A stretch of 12,918 bases of DNA from Chlamydiales bacterium. Its GTDB lineage: Bacteria; Chlamydiota; Chlamydiia; Chlamydiales; JBDQID01. Below the pieces are notes generated by a model that saw only the letters and a program-made list of their open reading frames with translations, searched no databases and was not told where the DNA came from. The translations under genes and the position numbers were made by a program. The stretch spans positions 1 to 12,918 of the forward strand of contig JBLFWS010000098.1 of NCBI GenBank assembly GCA_047611865.1, read 5' to 3'. Below, in pieces: positions 1 to 5,882 of the stretch (its first letter is position 1; each line of letters opens with the position of its first letter).

Positions 1-115
1 CCACCGAGAGCACCGAGAACACAGAGAGATAGAAAAATGCATAAAGTTTCTCAGAATATGCTATCAACTGATCTGTGATTTTTTATTTTCTCTGTGCCCT
101 CTGTGATCTCGGTGG
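1..115. repeat. Long imperfect inverted repeat built from 9-nt tandem units (REP/MITE-like palindrome), probably truncated by the window start
   Basis: 1-26 ccaccgagagcaccgagaacacagag versus the reverse complement of 90-115 (ccaccgagatcacagagggcacagag): 22/26 identical. Each arm has three CAC(A/C)GAG cores with 9-nt period. Confidence 0.8.
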
Positions 116-151
116 TAAAATTTTAATCATAAGCCTCTTGTAGACGGATGT

Positions 152-167
152 TTTATGCAACAACGCC
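152..167 (-). mobile_element. Isolated IS5-family (IS903 group)-like terminal inverted repeat; right end of an element or MITE extending left of the window
   Basis: Reverse complement is GGCGTTGTTGCATAAA, 14/16 identical to the first 16 nt of the IS903 IR as I recall it (GGCTTTGTTGAATAAA). No partner IR or transposase in the window. Confidence 0.5.
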
Positions 168-230
168 GTTTCTTACTGCTTTTGAGGCTGTTTATTATGG
201 GTGTTGGTATAGGGTCCTAAATGTTAATTT

Positions 231-261
231 TTTAGAGGAATCCGCTTGAGCTGGTTATAAT
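231..261 (+). promoter_or_regulatory. Candidate sigma70/sigma66 promoter for the tol-pal cluster
   Basis: Perfect TATAAT at 256-261, about 130 nt upstream of tolQ. The -35 region (tttagag, 231-237) is weak. Confidence 0.3.
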
Positions 262-388
262 TAGAGAATGGTAGATTTCCTAATGCAGAGATTGCGGATA
301 GAGGTGTAAAACCCCTTGAGAAGTGATTGGCGTAGATCCCTATTGAATGAGGAGGTGAAATCTGTTAGTTTACTAATTTCATAAACAA

Positions 389-1171
389 ATGTTTTTCAGG
401 CTCGTTATGTCAGAAGTCCCTTTAAGCCTTTTAGGAAGCAGTGTAATTTTTGAAGCCTACGTGAACTCAGATTTTTTCGGTAAGCTGATATTTATTGCGT
501 TGTTTTTGTTGTCAGCCTCAAGTTGGGCACTTTTAATATACAAACTTTGGCTTTTAAATACTGTAAGGACTGTATCGGAGGCTTTTCGAGAGGTCACACG
601 GAAGCGGAGGCAGAACTTTTTTTCTTTGGATAAATTGGCCCCGTCATGCCCTGGTGAAGTGGAAAATTCATTTTTGGAGATTTACTGCACTCTTCAGAGG
701 ATGACCTTGGAGATATTGCAAAAAAATAAGAACTTTATCCAGCGAAAGCATGGGGAATTTGATGAAGAGATGGAAGTTCATCTGTCCCCTACAGATGTAG
801 AATCTGTTGAAGTGCAGCTTCAAACTGTTGTGGGAGCTCAAAGGAAAGCTTTGGAGAAAAATGTTTTCTTTTTATCAACGGTTGTAAGTCTTGCCCCATT
901 TCTGGGATTGTTGGGTACCGTTTGGGGGATATTAGTGACATTTGGCGATTTGCAATCTCATGCTTCGGGGAACGCCAATGAAATGGTCTTAGGGGGTCTT
1001 TCGATGGCCTTGGGTACAACAGTCTTGGGATTGGTAGTAGCCATTCCTGCAATCATTGCTCATAGTTATCTGAAGCAGAGTATCCGTGATTTTGAAACCG
1101 AAATGGAGAATTTCTCTACAGAGCTATTAGGTATAGTCGAAATGCTTTATCGAAAAGTGGATGTCACTTGA
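389..1171 (+). CDS. tolQ: MotA/TolQ/ExbB proton channel protein (TolQ); start could be ATG 407
   Basis: N-terminal TM segment, family motifs APFLGLLGTVWGI and ALGTTVLGLVVAIPA, first gene of a tolR-tolA-tolB-pal cluster. Confidence 0.92.
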   Translation: MFFRLVMSEVPLSLLGSSVIFEAYVNSDFFGKLIFIALFLLSASSWALLIYKLWLLNTVRTVSEAFREVTRKRRQNFFSLDKLAPSCPGEVENSFLEIYCTLQRMTLEILQKNKNFIQRKHGEFDEEMEVHLSPTDVESVEVQLQTVVGAQRKALEKNVFFLSTVVSLAPFLGLLGTVWGILVTFGDLQSHASGNANEMVLGGLSMALGTTVLGLVVAIPAIIAHSYLKQSIRDFETEMENFSTELLGIVEMLYRKVDVT

Positions 1172-1246
1172 AAATCAAGACAAAATGTTTAAAAAATATG
1201 TATTCTAACTAATAAGCCTGACGGTGAGATTAATTCATCCTACTGG

Positions 1247-1325
1247 CTTTAGGAGCGAAGTAAAAATAATATGGACATATTGAGCACATTCAGTACTCCA
1301 TATTATTTTTACTTGACTCCTTAAG
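1247..1325. repeat. Long AT-rich inverted repeat in the tolQ-tolR spacer
   Basis: Perfect 18-bp arms aagtaaaaataatatgga (1258-1275) and tccatattatttttactt (1297-1314) with a 21-nt loop, extended by aggag/ctcct after a 2-nt mismatch. Confidence 0.85.
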
Positions 1326-1342
1326 GTTTTAACGGCGGAAGA

Positions 1343-1765
1343 ATGAGACGCAAATCAAAAAAACGTAGTGAAGGTTTAGAGGATCCTATGATCAATCTTA
1401 CCCCTTTGATTGATGTGGTATTTGTCGTCCTAATTATGTTTATGATTATAGCTCCTATGTTGGAACTCGATCATGTGGAGCTGGCAGCAGGAAATAATAG
1501 CCGAGTGGATGAGTCGACTTTTGTCAGTGAAGGAAGTCCTCTCGTTATACACGTTCGGGAGGATAACACTATTTGGTTGAACAAACAGCGAGTGACTCCT
1601 AAGCTCTTAGAAAAACTTCTTGTTGAGGCCAAGTCACTGAATGAAAAGCAGAACCCTCAGCTTTTTCACGATAAGAGAGCTCATTTTGGGACTTATCAAA
1701 GTGTGAAAAATGCGGTGGAAGCTGCAGGCTATTCTGAAATGGACATAGTCCTAAAGCCAGCATGA
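1343..1765 (+). CDS. tolR: ExbD/TolR family protein (TolR)
   Basis: Signature INLTPLIDVVFVVLIMFMI with the conserved TM Asp, 140 aa, C-terminal D-x-x-A-x-F-G motif; stop overlaps the next ATG (ATGA 1762-1765). Confidence 0.92.
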   Translation: MRRKSKKRSEGLEDPMINLTPLIDVVFVVLIMFMIIAPMLELDHVELAAGNNSRVDESTFVSEGSPLVIHVREDNTIWLNKQRVTPKLLEKLLVEAKSLNEKQNPQLFHDKRAHFGTYQSVKNAVEAAGYSEMDIVLKPA

Positions 1766-2550
1766 AGCTAAGCGTTACAATAGGCTCTTTGATGAAGTCA
1801 GGCGATCAATTTAGGAAGAGCTTAATGGAACGGCCTGTTGCTTCGGCGGTTTGGATTATGGTCTTGCTTTTCCATTTCTCTCTTTTGCTATTGTTACCTT
1901 CACAAGTAGCTTTTTCTCTGCAAAAAGTAGAGGTACAAAAAGTCATAGTAAAAACAGTGCAGCTTACCCCTAAAGCTGTAGTATCTAAAGTGGTTCAGAA
2001 GAAAGAGAAGCCTGAAAAACCTATCGTGAAAACTTCTCCTAAGCCGCTTCCAAAAAAGAAAGATAAGCCACAGTCGACAAGTAGGAAGAAGAAAAAGACC
2101 CAACTGAAAAAGAATAAAGAAGTTGTGGAAAAGAAAAACAAACTCGTAGATTCCTTAAAGGAAAGTATGGCATTACTCGATGTCATTCCTGAAAAAGAGA
2201 CCAAACGATCCTCAATTGATGTCCCTTCAGAGATAAAGAAATTTAATGTGGATCATTTGCACACGCCTCCTGAGCAAAAGCAGAACTTGGGATTTGAAGA
2301 TTACCAAAGCTCTATAAAAAGACGACTGAAGAGACACTTGGTACTTCCGGAATACGGAAAGGTTGAAGTGAGCCTTACCATCGGAAGGGATGGAATTGTG
2401 AAAGGATTTGAAGTTGCTAGCAGTGAAAGTGAAAAAAACAAGCTCTTTGTCGAATCAGCTTTGCCAGCAATATCATTTCCACAATTTGGGGCGTACTTTG
2501 AAGGAGAAAAAGAAAGAACTTTTGTCATGGTTTTGAGTAACGAAATTTAG
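1762..2550 (+). CDS. tolA: TolA/TonB-like energy transducer
   Basis: Single TM with His (VLLFHFSLLLLL), Lys/Pro-rich linker, TonB/TolA C-terminal-like domain (GKVEVSLTIGRDG...SSES), located between tolR and tolB. Confidence 0.8.
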   Translation: MKLSVTIGSLMKSGDQFRKSLMERPVASAVWIMVLLFHFSLLLLLPSQVAFSLQKVEVQKVIVKTVQLTPKAVVSKVVQKKEKPEKPIVKTSPKPLPKKKDKPQSTSRKKKKTQLKKNKEVVEKKNKLVDSLKESMALLDVIPEKETKRSSIDVPSEIKKFNVDHLHTPPEQKQNLGFEDYQSSIKRRLKRHLVLPEYGKVEVSLTIGRDGIVKGFEVASSESEKNKLFVESALPAISFPQFGAYFEGEKERTFVMVLSNEI

Positions 2551-2749
2551 ATTTTTTTAATGTAAGAAGCCGAGTATTGAGATTTTCCGTAGCCAAATTC
2601 TGTTGTCAGAGTTAAAATGACTTTTAAACTCGTTGGGTCCCGATAACTTGATAGGCAAATGGGTAGAGAGTTACTCTGCTTGAAAGAGAAAATGGGAGTT
2701 TAGCGGGTTAGATAAATCCATAGTCCCCCGATCATAGGAAGTTAGCAAA

Positions 2750-4159
2750 ATGCTAAGAATACTTTGCTCAACACTTATCACTTGTGCTTCGCTACTGTGC
2801 ACATTATTAAATGCAGAAGAGGCCGGAGGGACCCTTTCTGATCGTTCGGAAATGGTTATTCGCCTGGCGACAGATAGTAAGCTCGCTCCAATTTACGTTG
2901 CCCCTTTGTATCTTGAAAATGCGGGGCTCGATGGATTGTATTTGAACGAACTCGAAGCGATTGTAAAGTTCGATCTGAACTTTAATGGAAAGACCCAGCT
3001 TGTTCAGCATAGTGAAGAAAGAAGGCGGCAGGCAAGTACGGAAAAGTTCGATGGTTATTACGATCGGGCGGCTTGGCATGGGATGAATGTCTTATACGTT
3101 GCTAAATTGCAAATTATAGATAAAAAGCTTTCTGCGAGTATTTTTTCTGTATCCGACTATAACATCAAAAGTATTACGGATCTCGCACTTACAGGTGATA
3201 TGAGTCTGGATAGACGTCGTATTCATCAACTTATGGATAGCTTGCATAGAGCCTTTTTTGATGAAAAGGGTATAAGTAATACTCGTATGTTGTATTCAGT
3301 GAGGATTAAGAAAGAAATTAGAGATTCCACCAAATGGGTTTCTGAGATTTGGGAATGTGATTATGATGGAGGAAACGCCCGCCAAATAACAAATGAGGGC
3401 GGTGTTTGTGTTACTCCTAGTTATTTGCCTCCCAAGCCTGGTTTTGCTAGTGGGGGTTTCTTTTACGTTTCCTATCGGATGGGGCAGCCAAAGATATTTG
3501 TTTCTTCTTTGAAAGAAGGTGTGGGGAGGCGTTTCTCTTTTTTGAGGGGAAATCAACTTATGCCCGTTGTATCAAGACAGAGGGATCAGGTGGCCTTTAT
3601 TTGTGATGTTGGTGGAAATCCAGATGTCTTTTTACTTAAATACAACGCTCAAAAAGGGATGGGAGTCGGAAAGCCTCGGCAAATTTTTACAGCGTTGAGG
3701 GGGACTCAGGCGACTCCAACTTTTAGTCCTGATGGACATAGAATAGCCTTCGTTTCCAATAAAGATGGAGCTCCGAGAATTTACGCTATGGAGATCCCTG
3801 ATGAAGGAATGAAGCTGGAAAATGTGCGCACAGTGTTAATTACTAAGCAAAACCGTGAAAATACCAGTCCTGCATGGTCCCCTGATGGGATGAAGTTAGC
3901 TTATAGCTCCATGACTGGTGGTACTCGGCAGATTTGGATATATGATTTTTCCACTAACGAGGAAATACAGATAACCCATGGTGATGGGCATAAAGAAAAT
4001 CCCACTTGGGCACCAAATAGTTTACATATTGCGTTTAATGCGGGCGATGAGAACACAAGTGAACTGTATCTTGTGAATCTTAATCAGCCAGAAGCAGTAA
4101 AGATTAGTTCCGGGTCAGGTGAGAAGAGGTTTCCCTGTTGGGAACCGAGAGTAGAGTAG
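2750..4159 (+). CDS. tolB: Tol-Pal system beta-propeller protein TolB
   Basis: Sec signal peptide, TolB N-domain-like segment (IVKFDLNFNG), PD40 repeats PTFSPDGHRIAFVS, PAWSPDGMKLAYSS and PTWAPNSLHIAF; lies upstream of pal. Confidence 0.95.
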   Translation: MLRILCSTLITCASLLCTLLNAEEAGGTLSDRSEMVIRLATDSKLAPIYVAPLYLENAGLDGLYLNELEAIVKFDLNFNGKTQLVQHSEERRRQASTEKFDGYYDRAAWHGMNVLYVAKLQIIDKKLSASIFSVSDYNIKSITDLALTGDMSLDRRRIHQLMDSLHRAFFDEKGISNTRMLYSVRIKKEIRDSTKWVSEIWECDYDGGNARQITNEGGVCVTPSYLPPKPGFASGGFFYVSYRMGQPKIFVSSLKEGVGRRFSFLRGNQLMPVVSRQRDQVAFICDVGGNPDVFLLKYNAQKGMGVGKPRQIFTALRGTQATPTFSPDGHRIAFVSNKDGAPRIYAMEIPDEGMKLENVRTVLITKQNRENTSPAWSPDGMKLAYSSMTGGTRQIWIYDFSTNEEIQITHGDGHKENPTWAPNSLHIAFNAGDENTSELYLVNLNQPEAVKISSGSGEKRFPCWEPRVE

Positions 4160-4222
4160 CGAGTTTTCGAAAGAAAATCGCAGGCTTGCTCATTTGGTTA
4201 GAGACATAAAATTGAGGATGTA

Positions 4223-4948
4223 ATGAAGAAAAGAATTGGTTACCTTATTGCTGTGACATTTTTGACCTGTCTCCTTGCTACGTCGTGCCAAAGATCTGCA
4301 GGAGAAGTGGTAGAAGACTCTAAAACTGCAGCCCGCTATGCGGGAAAGGGATTCAAATCTCTGGGTGGTAAGCATGGAGATTCCCGTCAGGTGGTTTCTC
4401 GAGAAAGTTTTGTCGGTCCAGGTGAAGAAGATTATATTCCCTTGAATGATGAGGATCTATTCCGACAGTTATCGCTGGGTAATGCCTCAGCATTGGAAAA
4501 GGTCAATCAGGACACTGCCATTCCACAGTCCATGGAAAGACCTGGGGAGAAAGGGAGTACAATACCTGGTATTGAAGGGTTTAAAGCGCCTCCAGCCCAT
4601 CTGGCAGATATATTTCGTATGATATATTTTGATACCAACGATTATATTTTGCGGGGACAGGAAAATCTCCAGATTCTTGATAGTCTGGCAGATTATTTAA
4701 CGAAGAATCCCAATGTTTACCTATTCATTGAGGGACATTGTGATGAACGTGGGGCAGCAGCGTATAATTTGGCTTTAGGTTCGAGGAGGAGCAGTAGTGT
4801 TCGTAATCTCTTAATTAAGCAAGGGGTTGACCTCAACCGTGTATTTACCGTCTCCTATGGAAAGGAAAGGCCTACAGCCTTTGGACATTTTGCCGGAGCA
4901 TGGAGACAAAATCGTCGCGCAGTATTTAAGATATATGAGGCAATGTAA
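4223..4948 (+). CDS. pal: Peptidoglycan-associated lipoprotein Pal (OmpA-like C-terminal domain) with long N-terminal extension
   Basis: Lipobox-like LATSC; OmpA/Pal motifs IYFD, IEGHCDERG, YNLALGSRR, VSYGKERP and NRRA. Confidence 0.95.
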   Translation: MKKRIGYLIAVTFLTCLLATSCQRSAGEVVEDSKTAARYAGKGFKSLGGKHGDSRQVVSRESFVGPGEEDYIPLNDEDLFRQLSLGNASALEKVNQDTAIPQSMERPGEKGSTIPGIEGFKAPPAHLADIFRMIYFDTNDYILRGQENLQILDSLADYLTKNPNVYLFIEGHCDERGAAAYNLALGSRRSSSVRNLLIKQGVDLNRVFTVSYGKERPTAFGHFAGAWRQNRRAVFKIYEAM

Positions 4949-4962
4949 CTGAAGGAAAAGCT

Positions 4963-5646
4963 ATGAGGATCAATGGTTTCGTTATGAGTAGCTTTAAAAA
5001 GCTCCTTGCTGTGCTTTTCCTTGTTCAAACATACGGATGTGTCCCCCCGGCAGGTAAAGGGAGTTCTCAGGAAAGCCTGGTAATTAGGGAAATGCGTATT
5101 GAGTTGGGGGATTTGCGGCACAGGCTGGATGGCTTAGTCCTAGAAGGTGGGTTGCTAGAGGAAAAAGTGGCTTCGCGGCTTGCCCGTACAGACTCTCTCA
5201 AAGAAGAGTTGGGAGAAATACAGCAGCTGGGAAGTGAGGATGTTGGTCGTAAAATTTCTGAGTTTGAAAGTAGAATGTCCATAGCGAGAGACAAGCAAAA
5301 AGGCATGGTTGCAGATATTCGGCAGTTGTTGACTCATGCAAATGATACAACATCTTCTCTCGATCAGCAAAGAAAGAAGATCAGTGGATTTGAAGCTGAC
5401 CTTGAAAAAAGAGAACAAAGGCTTGAAGATAAATTATCCCATTTGAAAACAGCGGTTGGGTCTCTTATTAAATTGATTGAAGATAATAAAGGGGATCTGT
5501 CCTCAGCCAGAATCTATACGGTAAAAGAGGGGGATTCTTTGGACCGGATTGCACGTAAATATAAGACATCTACAGATGATTTGAAAAAGATTAATCGTTT
5601 GGATACAGATCTTATAGTAATCGGCCAAGAGCTTAAGCTCCCTTGA
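4963..5646 (+). CDS. Predicted lipoprotein with long coiled coil and C-terminal LysM peptidoglycan-binding domain; start could be ATG 4984
   Basis: Signal ending TYGC, heptad-rich helical middle, classic LysM YTVKEGDSLDRIARKY...LKKINRL...IVIGQELKLP; starts 14 nt after pal. Confidence 0.9.
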   Translation: MRINGFVMSSFKKLLAVLFLVQTYGCVPPAGKGSSQESLVIREMRIELGDLRHRLDGLVLEGGLLEEKVASRLARTDSLKEELGEIQQLGSEDVGRKISEFESRMSIARDKQKGMVADIRQLLTHANDTTSSLDQQRKKISGFEADLEKREQRLEDKLSHLKTAVGSLIKLIEDNKGDLSSARIYTVKEGDSLDRIARKYKTSTDDLKKINRLDTDLIVIGQELKLP

Positions 5647-5882
5647 GAAGGAAGGATCTTTTAAATAGAGATGTGAGCTTGATCCTTGCACTTTGTCTGA
5701 AGTCGACAAAACACTGAAAGTGCGATAACTTGTATATCGCGGTATAAATTAGCTTTGGTTTAAGTAAAAATATTTTTTGTGTATATGGCCATTCACATTT
5801 AGTATTTGAGTTATTTTTTATTTTGAGGGCACTGTGCATTTGTTAGGACTAGTTCCCTCATAGAACTTGGGACGGTTGTCAT

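Noticed and set aside
262..388. Cobalamin riboswitch or Fur box upstream of an exbB-like gene
   Set aside because: No B12-box or GGGAA...GCCCCCGC core and no GATAATGATAATCATTATC-like dyad; context shows Tol-Pal rather than TonB-dependent uptake.
2635..2681. Permuted twister ribozyme suggested by GGTCCC and GTAGAG/CTCTGC
   Set aside because: It lacks the AAGC-CC segment after GGUCCC and has no room for P1 and the cleavage-site loop (only 5 nt between the paired strands).
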